This document shows, piece by piece, positions 1-32,584 of a stretch of 64,000 nt of DNA; the first letter of the stretch is position 1; every line of letters starts with the position of its first letter. The stretch lies in the NCBI RefSeq assembly GCF_009914755.1, contig NC_060925.1, one strand, 5' to 3'. Source of the DNA: the human T2T-CHM13v2.0 reference genome, Homo sapiens. The notes below the pieces were generated by a model that made no database searches, was not told the DNA's origin, and saw only the letters and a list, made by a program, of their open reading frames with translations. A program made the translations under genes and the position numbers.

Positions 1-454
1 GTCATGCAGCCTCTGACTCCAAGTCTGAACCTCCCCCAAATTGCTCCTGGGGACATCACTATTGTAAAACCTAAGATCAGTGCTTAAGATATTTTGCAGA
101 TCCCGCACTTGATGGATCAGCTGACACCACCCAGGCCAGTAATCTGACTCAACCAGTTCTGCGATCTTATCCAGGAACTGAGGACAGCAAGAAAACTTGA
201 CTTTGACCCCCTCTATGATTCCATCTCCAACCTGACCAATCAGCACTCCCCACTTCCGGAGCCCCTACTCACCAAATTATCTTTAAAAACTCCGATCCCC
301 GAATGCTTGGGGAGACTGATATGAGTAACAATAAAACTCCAGCCTCCCACACAGCCGACTTTGCATGAATTATTCTTTCTCCATTGCAATTCCCCTGTCT
401 TGATAAATTGTCTCTGCCTAGGCAGTGGGCAAGGTGAACCTGTTGGGCGGTTGC
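1..454 (+). mobile_element. ERV1 LTR, 3' portion (LTR8-like)
   Basis: Matches the recalled LTR8 consensus (GATCAGCTGACACCACCCAG...AATAAAACTCC...GGGCAAGGTGAACC.GTTGGGCGGTT); cut by the window start. Confidence 0.75.
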
Positions 455-645
455 CTCTCTCTCCCATTCTCTATGCATACACACCAAGGTAAGACCATGT
501 GAACACATAGCAAGAGGGTAGCTACCTACAAGGCAAGAGAAGAGAACTCAGAATAAAATCACCTAGATCTTGGACTTGCCAGCCTCCAGAACTGTGAGAA
601 GTAAATTTCTGTTGTTTAAGCCACCCAAGCTGTGGGATTTTAGCA
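455..645 (+). mobile_element. ERVL-MaLR LTR fragment (MLT1/MST-like)
   Basis: Typical MaLR 3' motif GATCTTGGACTTGCCAGCCTCCAGAACTGTGAGAAGTAAATTTCTGTTGTTTAAGCCACCCA. Confidence 0.75.
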
Positions 646-914
646 GACTCATGAGGCTTTGCACTCAGAGGGTTCAGGATTTGACTTCAGAGCGCTGACT
701 GTTTAGCCCTTGTTCTTAACCTTTCCCTCTTTCTCCGGGACAAACACAGGCCCTGGCGCCCCCTGATTCCCGCCTGGCCCGTTTGCTGGGTGAGAGGCTC
801 TTTTCACTGACAGTGAGGCCCTACGTGCCACTGGGAAGACTTGGAAACAGGACTGGGGGAAGCCTCTGGGGCAAACTCCAAGTCCAAGGATTCAGTGCTG
901 GCCCAGATGTTCCT

Positions 915-1090
915 TTGTTTATACCCCTGGGAGACAGTCTTGGGGGCTCAGCTGCCCACCCCACCTGGCCTGCCGCTCCCCACCCCCACAGCTTGAACCT
1001 GGGGTTTGCCACACACACCCTCAGGGACTATCCAGATCATAAACAGTGAGCAGGAGGAAAACAAACTATATTTAAAACAGCAGTTGCTTC
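915..1090. promoter_or_regulatory. Candidate muscle-type enhancer (MEF2, E-boxes, forkhead motifs)
   Basis: MEF2 consensus CTATATTTAA at 1066-1075; E-boxes CAGCTG ~949, CACCTG ~962, CAGTTG 1081; forkhead-like TGTTTAT ~916 and ATAAACA ~1039. Motif evidence only. Confidence 0.35.
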
Positions 1091-1169
1091 ACAAACAAAG
1101 CTGGTGGGGGGAAAACACTAGAAACATGAAAAGACCAAATGTCAAAATCCATAATACGTTAAAATTTTA

Positions 1170-2270
<1,101 letters not shown>

Positions 2271-3874
2271 TTACTAAACAATAACAACAACAAAAAGCAT
2301 ACCCCAATAAGCATTCCAAATGTCCATGCAGAAAAATAAATGCTTATATATATACATAAATATTCCTCCAATTTTAAAACAATGGACATTGAGCTTTCCA
2401 TATTGAATACCAATATCAAAAGATGTCAGCAATATATTGTTAGGCACAAACAGAAAAACACACGCCTATTAAATATAATCTGATCCTATTCTTCTAAAAA
2501 ATATTATACATGGGTATCTAAATAAACGTATGTAACAAATATGTGGTACAGGCATAGAAAATGGATGGAAAGAAATCTCCAAACTGTTAAAAACTAGGAG
2601 CCAGGGCTCCTTAATGAGGCCCTCTAAAGGCTCCTTAATAAGCCCATTTAACGAGGCCCAGCAGGAAACTTGAGCTACAGCTGAGCAGAACTGGGCCCTC
2701 ACCTCTGTCAGAGCTGGGCCCTGGCACAGCCCTGGGTAGGCCAGGGGCCACTTAGGATCAGAGTTTCTGGAAGCACCATGCAAGGCGAGCCCTGGGGGCC
2801 CTGGAACAGCCAGGTCAAGGCCGGGGGAATGGACCCTGAGAGGTAGGATGAAGACAGGAGAATTAGCCCTGGCCTCATGGGCCCCAGTGGTGTTGGGGGA
2901 AGTGGGGGGAAGACAGCCCTATCTGGACACCCCAATTAATCATCAAAACCCTCAGGACACCAAGGTCATACTGTTAGTAGGTGGAACAGCCAGGCCTTGA
3001 TCCCAAATCTGTTTGAATCTCAAGTTAGAGGCTCTGTACTGGGCTGGGGAGGGTGTGGTAAAGACAGTAGAAAGGAGCATGGTGCCCTGTACAAAGACCC
3101 AGAACCCCACGGCAGGAATCACAGAAGTGGCTTTGGCCCAGTGCCCGCAGCTAAGCCACCCTCTGTGGTCAGAACTCAACCACTAAATCTGGCTCCAAGA
3201 GCCGCTCCGTTAACTCAGCACTGACCTCCACCTCCAGCTTCCAGCAGCCTGGAGGCTGGCCCCATCCAAAATAGATCCCAGGAGCGAGAGCCAGGTCTAT
3301 CTACTGTGCCTCTGTACACAACCACCCCCAATCCCCCTATTCACTCACCACCCTACTTTCCCCAGCCCCCTTCACCCACCCCGCCCCTGTGTTCTGAGTC
3401 ACTCAGGACATGATGGCTATTAAGGAGATGGAAAGAGTAGGGGCAGAGGAGCAGGGGTGGCTGGAACAGCCTGGGTCCCAGGTTCAAGTCCCCAGAGTTG
3501 AGCCAGATGTGGCCTGGCTGATTGTCCTAAGCAACTTAGAACAAACAAATTTATCAGGTGTGGGACAGCAGTCAGCAGTTGGGAGCCTACTGTGTACTGG
3601 GTTTATTCAGTCTGTACAACTGTCGGTATTAATGTCTCTGTTTTACAGATAAACTGAGTTCAGAGGTGAAGTAACTTGTCCAAGGTCACCTACAGCTTGG
3701 ACCACTGAACCAAGGAAAACGTAGATTTTGAGCACAGTCCTGCTACTTACTAGGAGGAAAGCCGTGTGGCTTGGGCAAGTTACTTTACCTCTGTGAGCCT
3801 CAGTTTCCTTATCTATAAAGATGATGTTAAATTAATATTTAACTTATAAAATTGTGAGGATTCAAAAAGATAAC

Positions 3875-4400
<526 letters not shown>

Positions 4401-6027
4401 CTTAGCAAATGTTATTATGATTAATTTAATTATCTGACCAATGAGAGAGTTTACTCCCTCAGAGCAGTGGGGTTAGGGAAAGTTTTTAACCTTCCTAGAT
4501 CAATCCAGGATGTCTTCCTGAAAGAAGCAGCATTTCTGTCCCATTTTAACCTGAGACCATGAATTCCCTAGGTATATAAGGTTGTGATGGGGTAAGCATG
4601 GGGAGTATTTGGTAGAAGAGGGCACACCTTGGATAGGGAGAATTGCCTCAGTCTGGGTGTGGGGGGTCAGGCCAGGTCTAAACACAGGCAGGACTCCAGA
4701 TCTCGTTCTCGGAGAATGTCCCAACATCCTGCTTGGGCACCTTGGATGATAAACAGGTTGTCACCCTCCAAACCCCAGGTGAACCTGATAAATCCTGGCA
4801 AAGCTGAGGCGAGGAGAAGAGGCCCATCTATAAATACTCAGTGACTCAGGCTCAGTGTCGTGTTGAAAGAGCTGCTTGTGTTTATGGCTCGGTTGCTCTG
4901 GGGAGGCAGTCCAGCTCTAGGAGGAAGGTCCAAGCTGCCCTGAAGTCTCAGACCTCCCAGTTTTCTCTGCTGGGGCAGGTTTGGGACCTGGGGCCAGACC
5001 CACCATACCCTGGCTTAGTGTCCAGTCCATTATGGGACTCTGAACAAACCTCTCACTTTTCTGAGCTTCTAGCCATGCAGGAAATGAAACATGTTGACTC
5101 TCCCTACTTTGGCCAGATAGGCTGTGAGGCAGGATGGTCTAGTGATCAGGCACTCAGGTTTTTGGTGCCAGATAAATGTAGGTTCAAGTCCCAGTTTCAT
5201 CCTTTAACTAGCTATGTGACTTTAAGCCAGTCAATTCATTTTTCTGAGCCTCAGTTTCCTGAACTATAAAATGGAGACGATAATGGAACTTTTTTCATAG
5301 AGTTGTCATGAGGATGAAAGAAGACAAAATACATAAAGCACTTAGCAAAGTAACTGACAGGTAATAAACACTCAGTTAATGATAGCATTATGATTGCAAA
5401 TTAAGCTAACTGTTTAAAATACTTTGAAAAGGGATATTGGAGATCTTGGTTCCCCCAGAGAGATATTTTGAGAGTCAATGATTACCCAAGAACTTCAACT
5501 ACCTCTCTGCTTCCTAAGTAGAACGAGCCAAGCTATGAGGAAAACAAGACAGTTCCCCAAGATTGGTAGGGAAAGGGCAAGGCACTGTCACTCATCAAAT
5601 ACCTACTGTGTGCCAGCTGTTGTCACCTCCAACATCATCTCACTTACTCTTCAGCCACCAGCAAGGCACAACTTCCCTACACAGACCAATAAACCCAGAC
5701 CCTGTGAAATGAACTGAATGGCAGAGCTGGGATTTGAGCCCAGGTCTGAGTACTTTCAAAGTGCTTGCGTGTGATCCTATCACACTATGGTACTTGGCTG
5801 CCTCCCTGGTCTAGGAAGGTGGCCAAGGAAGAGACAGAAGTGAGAGAATGAGGAAGGGAGATTCAAGGTGCTCAGCAACAGTCAAGGGAGAGTGTAGAGA
5901 TTTAGAAGGAGATGGGAGGTGGAGAGCTGTTTGGGAAGAACACATGACTTTGAGGTGACTGTTCTATGGGTCAACCAGCAGGCAGATGGAAAAGTACAGC
6001 TGAACTCAGAAGAAAGATCAGACTGGA

Positions 6028-6340
6028 GGCTGGGCGCAGTGGCTCGCATCTGTAATCTCGGCACATTGGGAGGCTGAGGCGGGAGGATCATTTGAGTTCA
6101 GGAGTTTGAGACCAACCTGGGCAACATGGCGAAACCTCGTCTCTACAAAAAATGCAAAAATTAGCCGGGCATGGTGGTGCACACCTATGGTCCCAGCTAC
6201 TTTGCAGGGGCAGAGGTGAGAGCATTGGTTGAGCCCAGGAAGCGGGGATTGCAGTGACCTGAGATCACACTGCTGCACTCCAGCCTGGGCAACAGAGTGA
6301 GACCCAGTCTCCAAAAGAAAGAGAGAGAGAAAAAGAAAAA
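6028..6340 (+). mobile_element. Alu
   Basis: GGCTGGGCGCAGTGGCTC start, dimeric structure, A-rich tail. Confidence 0.9.
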
Positions 6341-7281
6341 AGCTGGGATGGGGTTGTGAGGAAAGAATCCTTTGCTCAAGGCTGTCTGAAATGACTTCTA
6401 AACTTACAACCCCTCAAGACCCTCTTCTGCATGGCTTTGAATGCCGTCTCTGCAGCATCCTACCTCCTGGCCTTTGCACATGCTGTGTGATCTGCCTAGA
6501 ATAGTCATTTCCTCCTCAGCTGAGATGTCACCTCTTCAAAGAAGCCTTCTTTAACCACTCTATTTAGATAGGCCCCGTCCCATTACTCCTGGATTGAGCA
6601 CCTGCTTGGTGCTTGGTTCTTTCTCAATATTTATCACAATCTATATTTTACCCAATTTCTTTGTCAGTTGTTTGTCCCCACCCTCCGCCCAAGACAGTAT
6701 CTGCTCCATGAATGCAGGGATTGGATGAGCTTGTTCACTGCTATCTACAGCTCCTGGAATAGCGCCTGGCATACAATGCAGCTTAGCGTGTTTATGGAAT
6801 GAATGAATGATCCAGTCCCAGCTGTCTCCTAAAATCCTGTCTCCAACTGTCTGATCCGTTGGAATTGATTTCCCACTATTTCTCCATTGCACCCTCCCCG
6901 TTCTCCCCTTCTATGGTCCCCTACTTGGAATACCCTCTCTCCTCTGCCCATTCAAGCCCTGCCCAAGGCTGAGCTCCCCTGGGAAGCCCACTCACCCCCA
7001 GATCAAGTGAAATGAATAATCTATACAACTGTACATGGTGGCCCTACTCCAAGCACCACTACTTACCTTGAGTAAGTCATATCAACTCTCTGGAACCTAT
7101 TTTCCCCAGTTAATTCTATCCTCGGTATTGCATCCAAAGGAAATCATTCAAAACCAGAGAAAAGCCAGAAATGGCCAAAGATATACCCTGAAGTATTATT
7201 TAAAATAGAAAAAAGCTTTTGAAACAACAAAAATGTTAAATGTTAATAATAATAAAAAGCTACTGTGTAATGAGTGCTTAA

Positions 7282-11181
<3,900 letters not shown>

Positions 11182-11249
11182 AGAACACTTACTTTTTGGT
11201 AACAGAGGAAAAGAAACACTGAGCCATTAATAAAAATCAGTCAGGATAA

Positions 11250-13600
<2,351 letters not shown>

Positions 13601-13907
13601 GGGTATTACTTTTTTTAAATCAATTTTTAAAATATTTTTTCTTTGTTTTAAGAAAACAAAGAAGCATTGTCTGGTATAATTTGTTAGCTCAGGTGGAAGA
13701 ATGAAAAATTCCTGGAAGATCTTTGTTCCTTAAGATCTGCCACGGCTTCCCTGGGGAAGAACAAAATGGGAAGTTGTGTGTAAAATGAGGAGTTGGGATA
13801 CCAACACCCACTACTTCCCAGACACTTGCTGTACGCTAATCCCTGTGCTTTTAGGAATTATTTCATTTGTCCTTTCAACAGCCAAATGAAAATGTTCCTA
13901 TTGCATG

Positions 13908-14746
<839 letters not shown>

Positions 14747-14755
14747 CATGGAAGG

Positions 14756-15331
14756 TGTAAAAAGTAAAGTAGAGGTTCCTCTTCAAAGACTTTCCTCCCC
14801 ATCTAATTAGGAATAAATAGTAACTTCTCTTAGAAGCAAAATTTATTCAAAGACCTGTGCTAACATTCTTAAATATCTGCTAGCCATAATAAAGAAATCA
14901 ATATACTTTATGTTCTTAGCTTCCACAATTTAGCCTAAATATTTGCCCTGGCATGCTTATACTGGTCCAAGCAAGCATTAGGTCATAGCCTGTTCCTCTT
15001 CCTTATTTAAAAGTGTTTTTACCTTTCTCAGCATTCCATAAGTTACTTCCTCCTTCCTTTGTTCCCCTCTACCTTTGCCTCTTTTAAAAAGTTGTAAGTC
15101 TCTAGCCAATAGGGACAAATACAGAATGTGAGGTCAGGTTCCAGCCAATGGAAACCGGACACAGCAGTAGGGTGGACGCATCAGGTTATAAATGACCCTG
15201 TCTCCTTTGTTCGGTGTACTCTCGTGGCAGAACTGCTGGAGAGTGTGAAGTAAAAATGGCCTTACTAAATAAATTAAATTTATGTCCAAGTGCTATTTCT
15301 TTACTGCACCGAGGAACAAACATTTCAAACA
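14756..15331 (+). mobile_element. ERV1 solo LTR (LTR10C-like, HERV-I group)
   Basis: TG...CA termini, 576 bp; 4-bp TSD AAGG at 14752-14755 and 15332-15335; CCAAT at 15106 and 15145, TATAAA at 15187. Subfamily from recall. Confidence 0.8.
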
Positions 15332-17050
15332 AAGGGTTCAAACTTAGTATTATTCCCAGTTAACCGCTGAGGAAACAGGCTGAAGGATGTAGATTTTCCC
15401 CATCACTCAGGTCTGCCTGAGTCCAGACGCTGTGTCTAAACCCCCAAGGCAGATGGGAGTCCTTTAAGCCCCCTTCCAGTTTTGAGGGTCCTCTGTTCCA
15501 TGCCTGGATCTGTTCCTTCTGGGAGCGCTGCTCTTTTGGGCTTTGGATCCCTGGAAGGACAGTGCTGTGCCCGTAGGGGACTGAGGAGATGACAGCCTGG
15601 CGTTTGACTTCATGCAGGAATTTCACACCTTCCCAGACCTTAGAGTGCAGGTGGAGGGTGTCTGGCAGAGAAGGCGCCAAGTACTGCCTGCTGGGGCTGG
15701 GAAGGACTGCTCCCATGGCAAGGGAGGCCAGCGGCTCCTTCTCCTGCCCTGGCCACCTGTTTCCTAGCCCTCCCCTCCCCACCTCTCCACCTCGGAATGC
15801 TAAATGCAAAGCTGGTGGGCTGGCTGGGTATTAATAACTCGACTCTGACAGACTCTGACGTCTATGCTGATAAGAAAGGCGTTTCCTACTGGAGCCAAGG
15901 CATCTGCATGCCTTCTCAGCCATCTCTCCAACCCCTCAGTGCCCCTGAAGAGAATGAGGGTGGCAGGATAATAATAGTAACCATAGCTACCCTGTTTTGA
16001 GTGCTGTAAGGTGCCAGGCCACCGTGCCAAATGCGTCACCCACATTGTTGCATTCAATCCTACAGCCATCCCTTCAGGTACTTTTAGTATCTCCATTTCA
16101 TATATGAAACAACTGAGGCTTGTGAGAGGTCAAGTAATTTGCCGCAGGACGCACAGCAAGTGAGCCGCAGAGAGAAACTCAAATCCTATCCTCCAGCAGA
16201 ACCAAACCCTCGTCTTCTCCCCCCTAGTGGGTGGTGAGAGCCAGAGGGAGGCACGCTGCTCCGGCTGGCTGGTGCGCAAGGGAAGTTCTGTGCCTGGTTT
16301 CTTCAACTTCCAGGAACAGAGTGGACTAGGATGCGGCAGAGAGGGAGGGGACGAGCTTCCAGGAAGCCGCCTTTCCGGTGGATGAACAGCAAGATCAGGG
16401 CTGTTGGCCCAGGCCTCGTGATGGCCCCAGGGGGCAGGGGCAGGGCCAGCCTGGGAGAAGGGCCCTCCCCAGGCTTCTAAAGCGAGGAATCGGGTAACAG
16501 GAACATCTGTTTCTGCCCAGGGAAGGTGAGGTTGTGCTTGGAGCAGGCAGGGCCTTTCCACCTCTGCCCACCTCCTCTCCTCTGGTCCCTGGTTCTCCAT
16601 CCATCGCTCCTCCCCTCCTTTCAGGTGCTTGACATTTGGAGTCTCCCAGGAAATAGGGAAAATCACAGCGGGAGGAGAGCAGAGCAGCCCATTTGTCCGA
16701 GGCTCTCAGTCACAGAGGCCTCAAATTTAGGCTTTGCACCTTGGCATCTGAGTGGCAGTGAGGCATAATGGTTAAGCCTGCAGCCCCTGGAGCAAGATTC
16801 CTGCTGGGCGGCCACCCTCCCAGGGCCGCCACTTAATGCTGCCTAACCTTGGGCAGGTTCCTTAACCTCTCTGTGCCTCAGTTTCTCTGTCTGTAAGATA
16901 GGGATAAATAACTACTTCATAAGATTTTTGCAAAAATGCAATGAGTTGATAAATGTAAAGTAGATATTTCTGTAAGTGTGAAGCCTGGCACAGAATAAGC
17001 ACTCTCTCAGTGTTAGCTGCTGTTTCCAAATGAAGTTACATACAGAATCA

Positions 17051-22188
<5,138 letters not shown>

Positions 22189-22374
22189 GGCCTCTGTCAT
22201 ATGCTCAGAGGCTTTCCGTGGCCCATACTACCTCCCTCCTCCCTGCCTCCTAATAAGTCTCATGCGCCCTAGAGCTTCTCCTGCATAGCGCTTTCCAGAA
22301 CTGTATTTATGTGTCTCTTTCCATGATCATTGTGGGTGTAAATAAGAAGGCAAGTTTCATGAGAACAGGCACTG

Positions 22375-23069
<695 letters not shown>

Positions 23070-23805
23070 CATTGTGTATGCCGTATGTTTCCTTCATGGC
23101 CACATCCCCAGTGCCTAGCACGGTGCCTGGCACTTTGGCTCCCATACACATTGCAGAATATTCCATTCACTAGCACTCCTCTCCAGGAGAGTTCTGTATA
23201 CTGTTGGAAGACAAATGTGGATAAGGCTTGGGGCTGGGAGGTCAGGGGCCAGCCTAAGTAATATTCGCAGCTACATGAATTAGCGGGCCTTGTGGAGTCT
23301 ACAGGTTTGTCCAGGGTCCAGGAGGTCAGGACCATCGAGAGGCTAAGTGTGGTTATCTGTGCCTCCTTCCCAGCCCCTGCTCTAAATAACCATAGAGCAA
23401 ATATTTGAAGAATGTCAGCTTAAAGGAGTGTCTCACTCTGACCCTCAAATTTCTATTTATTTTTTAAATTGACAAAAATTGTATTTATTTACTCATATGT
23501 ACAACATGATGCTTTGAAATATGAATACATTGTGGAATGGCTAAATTTAAGGCCCAGTGTAAATGCTACCTCCTCTCTAAAGCTTTCCTGCCCGCCATTC
23601 CCCTCCACAGAAGCACAGTTTGGATTTCCTCCCCTGGGCTATGTAACCTCAGCTGGCACTGGTTGAATTGTACTGTCTGCATATTTATATGTCTGTCTCC
23701 CCTCCCAGAGAAAGTCCATGAGGGCAGGGACCTTATCTTTCTGTTCACTGCTTTTTCTCAGCATCAAGCACAATTTCTTGCACGTGGTGGATATTCACCA
23801 AATAG

Positions 23806-24058
23806 CTGTTGACTTAACGAACAAAGTGCCACCATGTGCCAGGCACTAGTTGACTTCTGAAGAGAGGGGTATATGTCAAGACATTTGTTAGCCACCCACC
23901 AGCCTCTGAATTTAAGCCTGCCAGTAAGCCCCATCCTTCAGGACACAGAGCTTGGTCAAGGAGGGGCCCACAACCCTATCTCTTACCCCCTACTCCCTAG
24001 CCCCTAGCCAATCAGGTCCAACAAGACTTAATTTCAGGAATGTTGTTTGAGGAATAGA
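23806..24058 (+). repeat. Local duplication, copy 1 (partner 28211-28455)
   Basis: Collinear match by eye from CTGTTGACTTAA to AGGAATAGA. Confidence 0.9.
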
Positions 24059-24852
24059 GAAGTTGACTTTCTCATTCCTGCAGGATATGATCTCATAAGG
24101 CTGAATTCCCACTGGTGACCCCGAGGCCCACAAGGGAAGCCAGCCTTAAGATGAAGGCAGCATCATGGGAGGCAGAACAGAGGAAACTAGAGTCTTTGGT
24201 GACATGTGAGCTGCTGAATCAAACTTCCTTCCCGAAGCTAGCCCTCCCACCTCCATTTCTCTTAGGTAAATGTACCAATCATTCCTTTCAGTCACTTTGA
24301 GTTGAGTTTCTGCTCTTGCAACATGAAGCATCCAGAAGAGGCCAGAGAATCAGAGGAAGCCGAAGCTTTAACACTTCAGGACCTGCTGAGGAGTCGGGTG
24401 AATCCTCAGTTTGGGACACTCCCAACACCCCCATCCAGCATGGTTTTCAGATGGTGGCATCCCCAGCAGCTCTTGGACCCAGGGGCAGGAGATGTGAACC
24501 TGGGTCTTAACCATCAGCTGCTCCAGCTGTTCTCAGTCCTCACCAAGAAGACAACTAGGACCCATCCAAAGACAAAAACAGCTAATGTTATACCTGGTGC
24601 AAGACCTTTGTGGGCCCCCAGATCACTTGTCTCAGGGGCTGGATCAGAAATAAACATTTTGATCTTCTTATTACAAGCATAGTGGAGGTGTAGGATTCAA
24701 GAATCAGAGTGTTGGAGCTATAAGGATCCTTAGAGATGAGCTGGTCAGACCCCCTCATTTTGCAGATGGGGAGACTGAGGCCCACAGCAGGGGGGAGTCT
24801 TTCTTGCTCAAGATGACACAGCGTGTTAGTGCCAAAGCTAATACCCTTCCTA

Positions 24853-25953
<1,101 letters not shown>

Positions 25954-26553
25954 TTAGACCCCAATTGAAGTGCCTGTGTGACTTTGGACAAGTTCTTTCA
26001 CCTCTTAGAACCTTTGTTTCCTCAGTTGTAAAAGGGAGGACAATAATAGCACATGCTTTACAGGGTCACTGTGCAGATTAGATGAGATCACTCTATAAAC
26101 AGTACTTTGCACAGTGCCTCGCACAGAAGTTAGTATGAATATTACCTATTATTTATTTATATTACCGATTTGTATTTATTTATCTATAGTTTATAGGTAA
26201 AATTGCTCCATGATAATCTGCTTCCTGTGGACCCATTCTAATTAGGGACAGCCCATTTGCCTCTTCCCATGTGACCTCTCTTCAGATAGGAAAAGTAAGG
26301 CTCAGATTCATGTTGATTTATGGGGCTGGGGACCTGGAGTCCAAAGACTCCAGGAGTCTTGGCTCCACCAGTGACTTATTAGGAACCTAAGTTACTGAGT
26401 CCCTTTGAGTCTCAGTTTCTCCAGATGTAAAAGGCTATGCTCATATTCTCCACTTCGTAGGGTTCTTGCGGGATAAAGGACTTGGATCTTGACAGGTCTG
26501 GGAATTCAGACCTGCTTTAGTGAGACTGGAGCATCAGCTTCACTAATGGAACC

Positions 26554-26569
26554 TGCCACCAGGGGGCAG
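26554..26569 (+). promoter_or_regulatory. Candidate CTCF site
   Basis: TGCCACCAGGGGGCAG matches the CTCF core consensus CCACCAGGGGGC(A/G). Confidence 0.6.
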
Positions 26570-26848
26570 GCTTGCTACATCCAAGTTCCCATTTGTCCAA
26601 AATACTCATTTCCTTTTTTGAGCGTGATTGTCTAACTTTTTATTATGGAAAGAGTCAAACATACACAAAGGTAGAATGGTATAATAAGCCTCACGTGCCC
26701 AGCACTAAGTTTCAACAACTATCAACATTTTGCCAATCTTCCCCTCTCTGTTTGCTGTGCTGATAGTGGAGTATTTTAAAGTATATTCCAGGCCTCATTT
26801 CGTTTCATCCATAATGCACGTGTGCTGAATTGAAAAAGACTTATTTTC

Positions 26849-30943
<4,095 letters not shown>

Positions 30944-31304
30944 TGAGCAGTTTCCAATCTTTTGCTATTCATTAATGCCATAATGAACAGCCCTGTACAT
31001 ACAGGTTTGTTGTTTTGTGTGTGTGTGTTTGCCAGTATATTACTAGGATAGATTCCTCGAAATCTAGTATTTGATCTAGGGTTACTGGATCAAATAATAT
31101 TGCTATATATTGCCAAATTTCCTTGTTAACTGTTATATCACTTTGTCTTCCCACCAGCTATGTATGAGAATGCTAGCCTTAGGTGTATTTTGATACCATA
31201 TCAGATTGAGGAGGCTGCAGAGATGAATCACAGACAAGGTTCCTGCCCCTAGGAATTCTCAGTCCTCCAGGAGGCCTAAAGGCTAAAAAAAATGACATAA
31301 TAAG

Positions 31305-31480
31305 CAGGAGGCAGATTTACCCTGAAACTAATGAATCTTAAGCTTCAGAGTCCTTTACTTATAGGGACCCTTTCCAGTGTTCCAGATATGTGTTCACAGG
31401 GCCATTTTATAACATTTTTCCTCAGGAGGACACCCCAAATTATTTAAGTTTCAGGTCCCACAAGATCTAAACCCCCCTCA
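31305..31480 (+). mobile_element. MER53-like DNA transposon remnant
   Basis: GGCAGATTTACCCTGAAACTAATGAATCTTAAGCTTCAG resembles the recalled MER53 5' end. Confidence 0.5.
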
Positions 31481-32584
31481 CAGACTTAACAGTGAGCCTA
31501 AACTGGGGGCGAGAGTGGATTTCAAATCTCATCTGCAGCTGACTTAAGAGCAAGGGTTCCTATGATATTTAATGACTGAGACAAAATGAAAACGCTACTT
31601 TGATCGAGAGAGAGGTCCCTCCCCTGATTGGGATCAATAACCCACACAGGTAGTTAGCTGTCTACGCAGAGCCTTCTATATTTTCCCTCTACTTTTGAGG
31701 GCGGGAAATAAGTCTTGGCTGACACCAGTGTTTCCAGCAAACAGCTGAAGACTTGACACTTGGATGGCACTCAGGACAAAAATCTGAACAGATTACAGAA
31801 CCGTTGTTGTTTTTTTTTTTTAAGGGGAGGGTGTGTTACACCAGGAATGGGTATTCAAGGTAGACACATCCCAAAACAGACACTTCAGTGAGAAGAGGCA
31901 GAGGTGTTTCCTCACCTGTAAAAACAGGATAATAAAACCTACTCTTGTGGGGTTTGGTTAGGATTAAGCAAGATCATTTATATAAAGACCTAACCCAGTG
32001 CCAGACTCTCGGGAGAAGGGGCATAAAGGACAGAAAATAAAATGAGTTGATCTTTGAGCACAGCGACAGGGATTTTTTGTACATCGTGCCTTACAGAGCG
32101 AGCGCTGGGAGGAGGAATCATCACCCTGCTGAGAAGTAATGGGTGCAGAATAAATCGAGTAAGAAGGAATGGACTTTTCTGGCGGATGCTTACTGATCTA
32201 ACAACTGGATGACTGAGGAATGCGGTCCTAAGTGACCCCGGGCTGGCTGTGGGGCCAACAGCGTGCGGGATCTGACTAACAGCGTGTGGCAGCCGAGCGA
32301 CTGCAGCAGCGGCGGGGACCCCATTGACTGTCCAGCCCCGAGAGCGGCAGGAGCGCGGTGGATCCTGGCTCGGACCAAGGCCTCTCCCCTGCGCCGACTG
32401 CAGACCAACCCTCCACCAGGAGCCTCGCGGGGGGGCGCCGTGGGCACCGCAGCCAGGTGCAGGCGCCTCCGCGCCCTCACTCCCCACGCCGAGGAGGTGG
32501 CCCTGGCTCCCTGCGGCCGCAGCCGGGGAACAATGAGGCGCCGGCCTCTTTAAGGGAGATACCACCGCGCCGGCGGGGCAGGGG

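Noticed and set aside
756-769. Reverse CTCF-like motif (CAGGGGGCGC)
   Set aside because: Only the 3' half of the core matches; too weak to call
15360-16666. 149-aa and 178-aa minus-strand ORFs
   Set aside because: No recognisable protein features; they run into MIR-like sequence and fit chance ORFs in GC-rich DNA
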